Below, in pieces: positions 1-12,289 of a DNA stretch of 64,000 bases. Source of the stretch: Octopus sinensis (taxonomy: Eukaryota); NCBI RefSeq assembly GCF_006345805.1, contig NC_042997.1, positions 16,678,001 through 16,742,000 on the forward strand, in the 5' to 3' direction. The notes under the pieces were generated by a model. That model saw only the letters and a program-made list of their open reading frames with translations, made no database searches and was not told where the DNA came from. The position numbers and the translations under genes were made by a program. The stretch's first letter is position 1. Every line of letters begins with the position of its first letter.

Positions 1-135
1 TTTAAGATCATGAGTTTCTGGGTTCATTTTTATTGCAATGGCATCTTAGACAAGTGTCTTTCACTATAGCCTCAGGTCAACCCAAGCCATGCAAGTGACT
101 TTGGGTAGGTAGAAACTATGAAACGATGCCATTAA
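1..135 (+). mobile_element. SINE fragment
   Basis: Similar to 8920-9030 (caagtgtctttcactatagcc.. versus taagtgtcctctactatagtacc..). Confidence 0.55.
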
Positions 136-764
136 ATAGGCTGTACCTGTCGTTCAAAAGATCATACTGTTACACCGAGTTTGTCCGAGAATTAAGGTAA
201 GGGCATGCTTGTTTACAGAATATCTCAACATTTGCACATTAATTCAGTGAGGAGGCCATTCTCTTGATCAAACAATCATGATTAAAACCAAAGGAGATTC
301 ATTAAAATTTTTACTAACTGGTCTAGTTGTCACTTAACGCCTCACCTTGCCCCATATCTTTTCTGATGAAGCAGATCTTAGATCAAAAACATTCCACTTG
401 TGATTATCCTGCCTTTGTATCCAGAATTACATTAACTAAAGGATCCTTTAAAATTTCTTTCTATCTTTAGTTATAGAGAATGTAGTTAGTCATTCTTACT
501 GATTTGATCATAGAGAAATTAAGTTATTTTGGTGTGATTTCATCATTTTACATCTATTTTCCATACTGGTATTGGTTGGATAGAGTGTGAAAGATGAAGT
601 CAGTTTTGTTTCTTAGGTATGGTCAGAGTACCCTACCTCATCTGTTTTCCATGGTTAGATGCCCCTTCTAACATCAACCACTTTACAGGGTGTAATGTAT
701 TTAGAAGGTAAGAGGACAGAACTAAATTCAATGAGACATTGAATCCAATGTTAATTTGTGCTAG

Positions 765-1020
765 TATGTGGTCCCATGATTAGGACATTGGACTCACAGC
801 TGTAAAATCATGAGTTCAGTATCCAGAGTGGAAATTATGAGTTCAATTTCCTTGAGCAAGGCATTTCATGCCATGTTGTTCCAGTCTATTTAACTGACAA
901 TGAGTAACAGGAGAAACTGGGGGTTAACCATATGTTGTACTGACATTCCATCCAAGGGATGTTTTCATCAGCAGGGGTATAGTCTGCCCATTGACTTTGA
1001 CTTGATGAATATCCAATTCT
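765..1020 (+). mobile_element. tRNA-derived SINE, decayed
   Basis: gagttcaatttccttgagcaaggcatttcat..gttccagtcta..tgagta shared with 12290-12480 and 12712-12905. Confidence 0.6.
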
Positions 1021-1131
1021 CATCTATGAACTATGTATGTATGTATGTGTGTGTATATATAGTCATTTCTACCAAAAATATTACTAATCCCACCGAATGC
1101 AATTTTTCAAAGTAAGACATTTAAAAAATAT

Positions 1132-1179
1132 AGACCTGTATCACAGTGATTTCATACTTACGTATTCATCAGCAGGCCT
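1132..1179 (-). ncRNA. Type I hammerhead ribozyme motif with intact catalytic core
   Basis: Minus strand reads aggcctg CUGAUGA auac GUAA guau GAAA uca cug uga UA caggucu. Stem I 7 bp (one G-U), stem II 4 bp with GNRA loop, stem III 4 bp including A15.1-U16.1, AUA cleavage triplet. Confidence 0.8.
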
Positions 1180-1283
1180 GGATGTATCATACATAAACGA
1201 CCCTGCCTCGCTTAAGCCGATCAGCTAACTGATCAACATCAACGAAGCACATGGGTGAGTTTACATATATTACATCCTGTATG

Positions 1284-1319
<36 letters not shown>

Positions 1320-1322
1320 TAT

Positions 1323-1955
1323 ATATCATCATCATCGTTTAACGTCCGCTTTCCATGCTAGCATGGGTTGGACGATTTGACTGAGGACTGGCAAACCAGA
1401 TGGCTGCATCAGGCTCCAATCTAATCTGGCAGAGTTTCTACAGCTTGATGCCCTTCCTAACGCCAACCACTCTGAAAGGGTACTTTTATGTGCCACCGGC
1501 ATGAGGGCCAGTCAGGTGGTACTGGCAACGGCCATGCTCAAATGGTGTTTTTTATGTGCCACCTGCACAGGAGCCAGTCCAGCAGCACTGGCAACAACCT
1601 CGCTCAAGTGTTTTTTCACGTGCCAGTAAGGTAACACTGGTAATGATCACGCTTGAATGGTGCTTTTTATGTACCACCAGCATGGAAGCCAGTTTGCTGC
1701 TCTGGCAACAATCACGTTCGGATGATGCTCTTAGCGCCCCACTAGCACGGATGCCAGTCATCGAATTTCATTTTGATTCCACTTGCCTCAACAGGTCTTT
1801 GCAAGCAGAGTTTAGTGTCCAATGAAGGAAAGGTACGAATAAGTGGGCTGGTTACGCCCCTGGCATAGGCCACGAGGTTATGGTCTCACTTGGCTTGCCG
1901 GGTCTTCTCAAGCACAGCATATTCCCAAAGGTCTCGGTGAGGCCTAATGTTCGAA
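1323..1955 (-). mobile_element. RTE 3'UTR/tail copy
   Basis: Starts catcatcatcgtttaacgtccgctttccatgctagcatgggttggacg, the reverse complement of the 51200-51728 family end. Confidence 0.85.
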
Positions 1956-1959
1956 ACTG

Positions 1960-2090
1960 TGAATGCGCATGCGCGAAGGTGTAATGCGCATGTGCGAAAG
2001 TGTTAATGTGCATGTGCAAAAGTGACTGAGCATGCGTGAACGTGTGCGTGCGCATGCGCGAAAGTGTGACTGCGCATGCGCGAACTTGTG
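1960..2090 (+). repeat. Short array of the same GCGCATGCGC-gaaagtgt repeat
   Basis: Same unit as 14512-15068, about six copies. Confidence 0.85.
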
Positions 2091-3180
2091 CGCTGGTCTC
2101 CTTGACAACGCTTTACGACGTTGATTTCCTTACACTGCCTTTCCCACAGCTTCACGAGGGAGGGAAGAAGGGGGAGAAGCAAACAGGTGCAGGTGTGAGT
2201 GTGGACGCCAACTCCGCTGCCATCAGTTGTTACTTGTCGGAGCACTGCATCCTTCAAAACTTCCATGCTTCCTGAGATTCGCCAACACTACATCTCATTT
2301 TCTCCCCTCCATACACACGCAAGCATGTATCTAACTCATACACTGTTCTCTTTCCAGACATTTGTACATTACTGCATATGCTTTATATGCACTTTCGACA
2401 AGTTGTGGTGCACCTGAGCACTGTATACAATAATTTCATTAGTATTATTATTATTATTATTATAAATCCTCAATCACTTTTCTTTCTGCAGATTTCCTTG
2501 CTAATATTTACTACCTGATCGAACGTCCTTGGCGTTTATTAATCCGATTCCTTTTTGCATATAGCGACGCCATTCCTTTTCTTCTTTTTTTCTTCCACTC
2601 TCAAACTTTCCTAGTGTTAAATATTTTTCGATTCTTAACATTCTCGTCCTTTACTTGTATTACTTCGGTTCCTCTTAGCACTTCGCGATGCCATTCCGTT
2701 TCTTCTTTCTTTCTTCCACTCACTTCTTAAACTTTTCTAGTGTTGAATAAATATTTTTTGCTTCTTTAAAAAGTCTCTTTCTCTATTCCTGAACCTAATT
2801 AAAGTACACTATTTAGAGTCATCTTAACGCTTGACGACACCATTTTTTTTCTCTTTCTTCCACCTTGTTATAGACCTCCTTATTTTCTCCTCAACAGAGT
2901 TAAAAATAACTATTTTGCTCGAACTCCCTTAGGTAAATTACCCCAATTTTGATCGAACATCCTTAAAACTCATTACCTCGACTCCTTTTCTGCAATTAGC
3001 GAAACTACTCTTCTTTCTTTCTTGCACCTTCTCTTCGTAAACTTTCCTAGAGTTAAATGCTTCTTGTTTCTCTCCTTCAACTTTGTCTCGACGAAGCTTC
3101 GATATTCTCTCTCTCTCTCTCTGGACGTTCCTAAAGTTATATATTTCGATTTTTTTATGTATATGTGTGTGTGACCGCGT

Positions 3181-3368
3181 GTGTACCGTTGGCGATTTTT
3201 TTCCCTCTGTCTTCCTTTCTCTGGATCTTTCCTTCTATGTTTCCGACGAAGAGCTCCGCTCAAAACGTTAAACCCTCCTTCTTTCCTTAGCGTCCAATAA
3301 TACTATATTTGTTCCACGTCCTCGCGTTGTGTTTTTTTGTGCTTTCTTGTTTGGATTAACTTTATATA

Positions 3369-3370
<2 letters not shown>
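3181..3370 (+). mobile_element. Penelope-like pLTR fragment with a degenerate minimal hammerhead (3239-3273)
   Basis: gttt CCGACGA a gagc tcc gctc AAAA C GTT aaac. Stem I gttt/aaac, stem II gagc/gctc, palindromic ACGT stem III. Core differs from consensus at U4 and G12. Confidence 0.45.
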
Positions 3371-3372
<2 letters not shown>

Positions 3373-3404
<32 letters not shown>

Positions 3405-3614
3405 TACTTGTTTCAGTCATTTGACTGCGGCCATGCTGGAGCACCGCCTTTAGAGTGGTGAAAGAGTACAGCAGGGATCACCACCATCCCCTGCCGGAGC
3501 CTCGTGGAGCTTTTAGGTGTTTTCGCTCAATAAACACACACAACGCCCGGTCTGGGAATCGAAACCGTATCCTCCGACCGCAAGTCCGCTGCCCTAACCA
3601 CTGGGCCATTGCGC
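3373..3614 (-). mobile_element. Young tRNA-derived SINE with poly(A) tail
   Basis: Minus strand A box TGGCCCAGTGG (3598-3608), B box GTTTCGATTCC (3555-3565), ~30-nt A tail (plus-strand T run 3373-3403). Confidence 0.85.
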
Positions 3615-3699
3615 ATAGAGAGAGAGAGAGATGTGTGTATACACTACCTAGACTCTTAAAGAAACATATACTCTTGTCAAGCCGTTTATCAACTTTCTA

Positions 3700-5340
3700 G
3701 GAGACATAATGAAGGAAACAGGAGTGCTCAATGACGACCCTGCATGCCTTGAATCCAACGAAAGACAAACAGACAGCATAAAAAACAAAACTGCAAACAT
3801 CACTGACCCAAAAACAGCACTGACTAAAATCCTGCAAGCACCACCGCCCCCAAAAACAACACTGACAGCAGAAAGAGCTGCAATAAGAATAGTCAAAGCT
3901 GGAATGTGGTGATAAACAGAGGCAGACAATAAACTGGCACAGCCAGAAAAACTGATGTCCTGATATCCAAAGTTTACAGGCAAGACAGACAAATAGACAA
4001 AATCCCAAAATGCCAAAACGGAAAATGAAGAAGCATAAGGATAGAAACAAACAGAGCTCAGGTTGCTGGAAGAAGAAACCTGTCTGCAAAGAGTAGGAAA
4101 AGAGGTCACTGAATGCATTCTGCACCCCTCAAAAGGTAATATGCGGAGACTGTACAAACTGCAGCAATCAAACAACAGTCTTTTTTGAACATGGGCCAGA
4201 AGATAGTACAGCAGCTGACATGGATGCACAGCGTGCAAACTCAAAGCCATGCATTCCAATGCACAAGACCACCCCAGGTGACAGGCCCAGAATGGCCACC
4301 ACTTACACCTACCCGATATATCACCCATATTCCTACTGGATATTGGGGGTTTGCTACAACTCAGCAACACAGGTAAAATTCTCTTTCAAAAAGAGTTTGC
4401 TACATGCAATCAAGCAATATGCATGGCATTCACTGAAACGCATCTAGACCCTGATGTAACAGATGTGGAAGTGGACATGCCAGAGTATGCTGTACTTCGT
4501 ACAGATAGAAGAGAAACAAGCCACGGCGAAGTTGCTATGTACATCCATGAAGACGTCATACCTCTTGTATTATTGTCACATTCAAACTCAGTTTTGCGAC
4601 ACCTTAATAATACATATAAAGCAAGCTGATGTAGCTATATGCTCAATACATTGTCTGCTGAATACCACAAAATATGATGGAAAATTTGAAGATAGCCTCA
4701 AACACATCAAAGAGGTATTAACGAACCTAGATCAGAACATCAACATACTCTTCCTGGGTGATTTCAACTTCCCACATGTTAAATAGCCAGAAGACCACAT
4801 CCTCTCTGGGATGTCACTGCATGAACAAAAGCATGTACAGTCATTATTTGAACTTACTAATAAGCTGTTCATGGAACAAGTGATACTCAGGCCAACCAGA
4901 GGGAAGAACATATTGGACCTATGCAGGAAGGATAAGTGAGATACTCAGTGAACAATTTAAAAGGGTCTTCACTTCCCCCCCTTGGACACATGCAGATAAA
5001 AAAATCCAGCTGAATTCTTTGATATTGCAGCTCTAAAAAAGGAGGCACCAGCCATCGATTACATCAACATTGAGAAAACAGATGTAACAGTGTCTATAGA
5101 TGAAATGAGCTCATGCTCTGCCACTGGCCCTGATGGCTTCCCAGCTATTCTCCTAAGGTCATGTGGACAGGCTTTAGTGAAACCACTTCATTTACTTTTC
5201 CAAAGTTTCCTTGCAAGTGGTGTGCTTCCTAAGATGCTGAAAGATGGTGTTATATGCCCTATCCACAGAGGTATTTTTCTAGCCAGAATTTAATGGCTTC
5301 CAGTTCATATTGATGTGAGATCATAGTGTAAAGGTTTATT
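3700..5340 (+). mobile_element. Decayed CR1/L2-type LINE: ORF1 remnant, APE endonuclease and start of RT
   Basis: Fragments AFTETHLDPDV..RTDR..HGEVAMYI, FLGDFNFPHV and GPDGFPAILLRSCGQALVKPLHLLF, broken by stops and frameshifts. Confidence 0.85.
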
Positions 5341-5424
5341 ATATCAAAAGAGACAATGAAAATGTTTTTATTAGTGTTTGGGGAGATGATTTAGTAGGTC
5401 CAGGTCATCTCTTACAATACTTAG

Positions 5425-6790
5425 CTGACTCTCTTTCTCCCATTCATTCTCTTTATTGAATAACCTTTCATAGTAGTGTCTCCAAATCTTTCTCTTTGCA
5501 GCCTCATTTAGTGCAAGTGAACCATCATCCATGCAGACACATTTCTCTCTCACACACGAAATACTTCAAGTCTTTGGTCCTCACGGTGTAGAACATAGGC
5601 AAATTTTTTCTTATCTGCTTCCCCTCTGGCTAAATAAACCTGTCTTCTAGCTTCCCTTCTGGCAGTTTGATACAATTCCCCGCTACCACCATTCTTCCAA
5701 GCCTGTTTCTTTTCTCTAATAGCCCTATCAACCACATTGTTCTACCACCATGTTACCTTGGGTCAAGAGGGGACTTTGCACCATCCACTGATCTGGTCAG
5801 TGGCTCTCAGCAGGTTGTCTCGTAGAAACCTCCAGTTGTCTTTGATGCTATATCCCCTTCTATTTCGTCAAAGGCTTCGAGTAATACGTCTCTAAATCTC
5901 TGTCCATTTGCAGGATCTTTAAGTTTCCAGACCCTTCTCTTCCATGCTGGTCGTCTTCTGGGTATCCATTTAGCTCTGATCCTGAAGTTGCTAACTAGTC
6001 TATGTTGAGGAGTACATTCTTCGCCTGGAAAGGTTTTGGTATTTATAAGCAGCCATCTTTCCCTTTTTCTGGCAAGGATGTAGTCAACTTGACTAGTGTG
6101 TCTGCCAGAATGGTAGGTGACTAGGTGACTGGCAGGTTTCCTGAAGTTGGTATTGCAAACCATAAGATCATTTGCATCGCAGAACTCTAGCAGTCTGGTT
6201 CCCTCTTCATTGCAGGAACCAAAACCATAGCCTTCATGTACGCCATGAAAGCCCCCTGCATGTTGTCGTCCAACATGTCCATTGAAGTTACCAGCCACAA
6301 AGAGAAGGTCCCTGTCATTTGTCAACGAGGTAGTCTGCAAGAGGGTGACATAAAACCAGTCTTTCTGCCCATCAGGTAGCCCTAGTTGAGGGGCATAGGC
6401 CGAGATAATGGTTGCTAACCCATGATGAAGCACTAATCTAATCTTAAGTATTCTATCGCATACTCTGACTACCTCGATTACCTTATCATCCCATTTCTCC
6501 ACAAGAAGTATACCCACACTCCCGACCCCGTTAGTGTTCCCTGCCCAGAAAATCTTGTACCTGTGTTCTTTGCCTGTGAGGAACCTAACAGAACTTCCTC
6601 TCCACCTTACTTCTTGAAGGCAGCACAAATTGACACATCTCTGTTCAAGCATCTCAACAATCTCACCAGACCTACCTTTCAGTGTGCCAACTCTGAGGGT
6701 GTGGACCCGTGAGACCTTGGGACGAGGGACAGCAGTGTCATGTACCTGAAAAGAAAGCTTGCATTTAGCAGAATTCATAAACAACATGCA
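5425..6790 (-). mobile_element. RTE-clade LINE, 5' part with a 326-aa APE endonuclease ORF (5807-6787)
   Basis: CCLQEVRWRG, ATIISAYAPQ, VAGNFNGHVG, NEEGTRLLEFC, SQVDYIL and PQHRLV are APE motifs typical of RTE elements. Downstream linker is fragmented. Confidence 0.92.
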
Positions 6791-7557
6791 TACACTACAC
6801 CATCATTTTTATGCACTATATGACTGATAAACCCTAGGTAGGAGTGGGGATGGCATTAAGCCTTTAGAAGTGTTCATTGGAGACAACTAAAGGTAGGCAG
6901 AGGATAGGAACTTCCAGTACATGTGGAGGGGGTGGGAGGTCAGGCATACCGGGAGCTAGCAAATTTAGACAAGAGCATCTTCTGGATTTGTATTCTTTTG
7001 GGGGAGTTATTAAAAATCGAGTAGGGGGAATCTGAGTGCACGCGCTAGTTTATATAGGGTGGTGGTGGTGAAAGAGGGGTGAAGTGTTGGCGAATCAAGT
7101 GGTAAATCGAAAGAGAGAGAAAGAAGTGGGGGCGCAGAATTAGGGTGGTCATAGAACACGAGGGAGAAAAATATTCTTTGGGATTTTGGGTAACATAATT
7201 TAATGAAACAGCAAATGCTGATAATAGTGAAATAGAATTGAAAAATCTTAGAATTTTCGGTCAGCCTATCTGTGACAAATTTGGAGATGAGTTACGATGT
7301 GATAAACTTGAATAAATAAATATGTAACGATTACCGGAGATGCATCAACTTAAGACAACTACGTGGGAGACAAAACTATTGAAACTATGTTTACATGGTA
7401 GTGAAATAGATAAAATAATGAAAAGAACTAATAAGGGGTTTATGATATGCGCAATATGTATAAAGTTGTGTATATGTGTGTGTGTGTATGTATATATACA
7501 TGTATCCTTAAAAATGTTCTAGCCCGAAGGCACCACCGTATATATATATATATATAT

Positions 7558-8400
7558 ATCATCATCATCATCATTTAACGTCCGCTTTCCATGCTAGCAT
7601 GGGTTGGACGGTTCAACTGGGGTCTGGGGAGCCCAAAGGCTGCACCAGGCCAGTCAGATCTGGCAGTGTTTCTACAGCTGGATGCCCTTCCTAATGCCAA
7701 CCACTCCGAGAGTGTAGTGGGTGATTTTATGTGCCACCGACACAGGTGCCAGACGAGGCTGGCGAACGGCCACGCTCGGATGGTGTTTTTTATGTGCCAC
7801 CGACACAGGTGCCAGACGAGGCTGGCAGACGGCCACGCTCGGATGGTGTTTTTATGTGCCACCGACACAGGTGCCAGATGAGGCTGGCAAACGGCCACGA
7901 TCGGATGGTGTTTGTTACGTGCCCACAGCACATAGGCCAGTCGATGCGGTACTGGCTACGGCCACGTTCGGATGGTTTTCTTGTGTGCCACCGGCACTGG
8001 TACCACAAAGATACAAATTCCATTGATGTTCATCTATTTTGATTTATTTTGAGTTTCACTTGCCTCAACAGGTCTTCACAAGTGTCACAAGAAGGAAGAT
8101 ATGCACAGGTGGACTGACTACGTCCCAGGTAGGGGCCACGGGTTATGGCCTGACTAGTCTTGCCGGGTCTTCGGATGGTGTTTTTATGTGCCACCAACAT
8201 AGGTGCCAGATGAGGCTGGTGAACGGCCACGATCGGATGGTGTTTGTTACATGCCCACAGCACGGAGGCCAGTCGATGCGGTACTGGCTACGGCCATGTT
8301 CGGATGGTTTTCTTGTGTGCCACTGGCACTGGTACCACAAAGATACAAATTCCATTAATGTTCATCTATTTTGATTTGATTTGATTTGATTTTCACTTGT
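7558..8400 (-). mobile_element. RTE 3'UTR copy with internal ~65-bp tandem repeats and a ~190-bp duplication
   Basis: Same tail as 1323. Repeats gtgccaccgacacaggtgccagacgaggctggc...ggatggtgtttt (7730-7910); 7880-8050 is repeated at 8190-8390. Confidence 0.85.
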
Positions 8401-8919
8401 AATGAAGAAAAGAATTCACAAGTGCATATGTTTAGTTTAATTACCATTATGGCTCTACCAAAATACACCAATATATTGCTTATTTTATAAAATAACAAAA
8501 TCAGTACAGATGAATTCCACCAGGCTGACTTGTCCCAGAGACCAAAATCTGTGAAAAAGGAATTTATCAGCATGAGGATAATCTGTAAACCTATGGAAAA
8601 TTAATGATGCAGGCTTGGAGACTGCATCATACTTCAGTTGTTGTTTTGACATGGTTTCTACATTGGATGTCTTTCCTAATGCCAACCACTATACAGTGTG
8701 TTCAGGATGCTTTTTTCATAATAACAGCACTATGGAGGTCACCAAGCAGCTTGCAAGACTAAAATCCCTTTTGACTGGGTGTGGCTACAGTGTATAGGGA
8801 GACTACTTTAAACTAGGAAATGCATGAGAGAAGGGGCCAAACAGAGCAGGTTTCTTGCTGTAGAGAAGCTACATGGTTATATCACATAGTAAACAGTATA
8901 TGTGGATGGGTGGTTAAGA

Positions 8920-9260
8920 AATTCAGTTCATATTCACATGGCTTTGAGTTCAGCCCCGCAACTTAACACCTTGGGTAAGTGTCCTCTACTATAGTACCAG
9001 GCTTACTAAAACCTTGTTTGTGGATTTAGCAACCTTAAAAGCAATGTCATTCAGTCGTAATCTTTTGTGAAAACACTAGACATTATGCTGGTCACATTTG
9101 AAGGACAAGGGGGAAATATTATCTTGCTTGGAGACAGTGGAGTGTTGAATACAGGAAAAGCATCCAACCATAAAAGATCTGCTTCAATGAATTTCATTTG
9201 CTACATGCAAGAATGGAAAACTGGACATTAAACCAAAAGTAGTTTTGATGATGATGATGG
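8920..9260 (+). mobile_element. SINE with tRNA-like head and RTE-like tail
   Basis: Head gtggttaag...gagttcagcccc; tail gaatggaaaactggacattaaac..gatgatgatgat resembles the RTE 3' end at 51700-51728. Confidence 0.55.
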
Positions 9261-9619
9261 TGTGTGTGTGTGTGTGTTGCATACATGTGTGCATGAATTT
9301 TTACATTTTACACTTCTCCAAATAAAATCTCTGACAGAAAAGTTATCCATTAGCTCTGCACTTTCAAAGATGAGTGCTCTGCATGTAACTAACCCTATGG
9401 CTTGGGACATGAAATGGAACCTGGCTTTGAAAACAATGCTTTTGTTATATGTATTCATCTAACTCATGTTAGTTTGAGAAAATGGATGTAAAATAAATGA
9501 CCCACCAAAACATGATATGAAAATGCATAATGAACTGTAGCAGATGAGCAGCATGCTTTTTTAAACATCACATTAAAGAGAGTACAGCAGCTGATTTGGC
9601 TGCAGCAGATAACAAGCGA

Positions 9620-12215
9620 AAACAACACACAAAGTCATCAGAAATTACAAACTAAAGATGACAACCACAGATGCCCACCCAAACATCATATCACTGTTAT
9701 CAATGAATGTTAGAGGTCTGTTATAAATCAATAACCAGAAGTAAAATCTGCTGTCTAGATTTTGCAAAATGCAATCAAGCAATATGTATAGAAATCATAG
9801 AGGCACCAATTATAGTGGATGCAGAGATTCATACTGAAGTATGTCATATTCTGTATTAAGAAGAAAGAGATACCATGGCAGAGTTACTATATTCATCCTT
9901 AAAAACATCACACTTTTAGTCTTGCTGTCATACTTTAAGTCAGTTTGTGACGAACTAATAGTATATTAGTGTGTCACTAATATACTAAACAACTTAATTT
10001 GATTATATGGAAAAACATGCCAGCAATCTGATGCCTCAATGGAAGTAAATTTGAAGAAAGCCTTGATAAGATGAAAGAGGTGTTAACCAGACTGGACCAA
10101 CATGACATATTCTTCATGGGTGACTTTAACATCCCCAATACTGAACAGACCAAATGTCACATTCTGTTAGGAATATCACTAAATGAACAAAAACAACAAG
10201 CAGAATATCTATTTGAACAAATTATACTATAACCAACCAGGAATGAAAACATTTTAGACCTGTTCTTCACATAGATCTCATCAACAATGTATGGCCCAAG
10301 AAATTTTCATAAAGCTGACTGGAAGTTATTTCAAAGAGAGATTCTCAAACGGAACACACTTGAAAGTTTCTCTATGCAAAACAAAAGCATAAAACTTGAG
10401 CAATTTATGTCAATAATTCATTAAATACATTCCAGAACCTACACTGTAAAGTCCAAAGTAAAAGGAGCACTTGAACTCTATCCAATATTTTGCCCTTTTG
10501 GTTAGGAAACATGTAGATCAGTTTCTTTGACACCACAACAAGTAACAGTTGCATCAACATAAACGAGGAAGATGTAATATCAACTATAGCTGGAATGAGC
10601 TTAAACTCAGCAATAGGCCCTGGTGGATTCCCAACAATCCTCAGAAAAAGCATATTATCAGGCTTTTATCAAGCCACTCTAGATGCCTTTTCAAACTTTC
10701 TTGGCAAGAAAGAAATCTCCAGATAAGTTAAAAACATAACATGCTTTGTTCATAAAAGAGGAAACAAGGCAGATATTAAAAGTTAGGCCTCTCTCTACTT
10801 CATATGTCTGCAAAGTCATAGAATGAATTATCAGAAACAAATCAGGTTCTTAGAAGAAAATGAGTTACTGACTAATTTTCAGCAAGGCTTTCACTCAAGA
10901 AGAAACTACTTTATACAGTTGCCATAATACTATAACTAGGAACAACTACATAAATGTATACATGGTATATCTTGACTTTCAAAAAGGCCTTCAATGAAGT
11001 TGATCATGGGATATGTGTTATAAACTGTGTGATCTTGACATAATTGGGAAATTAGGAGAGTGGGTAGCATGGCCTTTTAAGAGGTAAAAGTCAAATAGCT
11101 GATGCTAATGGTGCTCTCTCAAAAGAAACACTGATTTTGAATGGACCATCCCAGAGAACTGACTTTTGGCCATAGCTGTTTATACTAGCAATATCAGACA
11201 TGCCTTCAGTTATACGAATAGTCACTCTCAACAGCTATGCCAATGATAAAAAGTATACAGGCAATCACCACTCAAGTGGTATAGCCCCAAAATCTATCAG
11301 AGCAATCACTGGTATCCCCAAACTAGCAAGTCATGCAACTACAAGTGGAAAAATAACATGCAATTTAACACTGGAAAGATCATTACTATTAGCCTACAAA
11401 CACATCACATCCAGAATGCACAGGACCTTGAGGGATTGCAATTCCAGGGTCACAGTCAGTGCATGACTGGGAATAAATATGAGTAATGTTGCATCTTTTC
11501 GTGTACACATTAACAAGATGGCAATGATGTGCAAAAGACTGACAGGATGGATTTTGAAATCATTTTGTATGGAAGAGCAAGAAAGCATGCTGCATTTGTG
11601 GAAAACATTTCTCTTCAGATGTCTGGACTATGCTTGCAACTATGATTGCCAAAAAGTATTAAACTGACTGTAAAACTAAAAGCAATCAAGTGATACTACA
11701 TGAAGAAAATAGACTCAAAACAAAAGCTGAGTAACCAGAAGGGATTGAAAGCACTAAGACTCCATTCTTTGGAAAGTAGACAAAGAAGGTATATATATAT
11801 ATATATATAATGATTTATATATAGAAAATCCTTGAGGGTCACACCAAACTTCAGTATTGAGAGCTATACCAATCCCTTAACTAGAGAATCCTAAAGTTAT
11901 ACTAATCCTTCCCTGCAGAGCCGTAAAGGTCCTACGTTTCTCATAGCAACTTAGGGCTTAAATGCCCAAAGCTTTTCAGTATCTTGCCAAGATGGATGCA
12001 AGTATTTTCAAAAATTGTCTGGATATTCAACTATTATCCCAGATGAGCCAATGTCATGGCAAGAAATGCAAATGAATCCACTACATCAAACTTCCTCATT
12101 CACAAAAAGCTAACTATAAAAAAAAAAGCAGCTCCATAGAAATACTATTACTTATACAGATGGTGCACAAGCATGGCCACAGTCAGTAACTAAAACAAGT
12201 AAAATAATATAAAAG
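9620..12215 (+). mobile_element. Heavily decayed CR1/L2-type LINE (APE end, RT, 3' end)
   Basis: Remnants MGDFNIP, YLDFQKAFNEVDHG, YANDKK (YADD-like) and FCMEEQESMLHLWKTFLFRCLDYAC, with many stops. Confidence 0.8.
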
Positions 12216-12289
12216 AATACATATACATACATAACATACATACATATATATGTGTGTGTGTGTGCACTCACACACATACACATATACGT

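Noticed and set aside
930-980. Minus-strand CUGAUGA followed by a catcc/ggatg stem
   Set aside because: Followed by GAAT rather than GAAA, no stem III or cleavage triplet, and it lies inside a SINE.
3555-3614. tRNA gene
   Set aside because: A and B boxes are followed by a SINE body and poly(A) tail, with no complete acceptor stem.
8355-8548. Minus acceptor giving DFGLWDKSAWW..., which joined to the 19424 exon reads HRKTSIADFGL (kinase-like)
   Set aside because: HR-to-DFG spacing is far too short for a kinase and no other subdomains are present; treated as coincidence.
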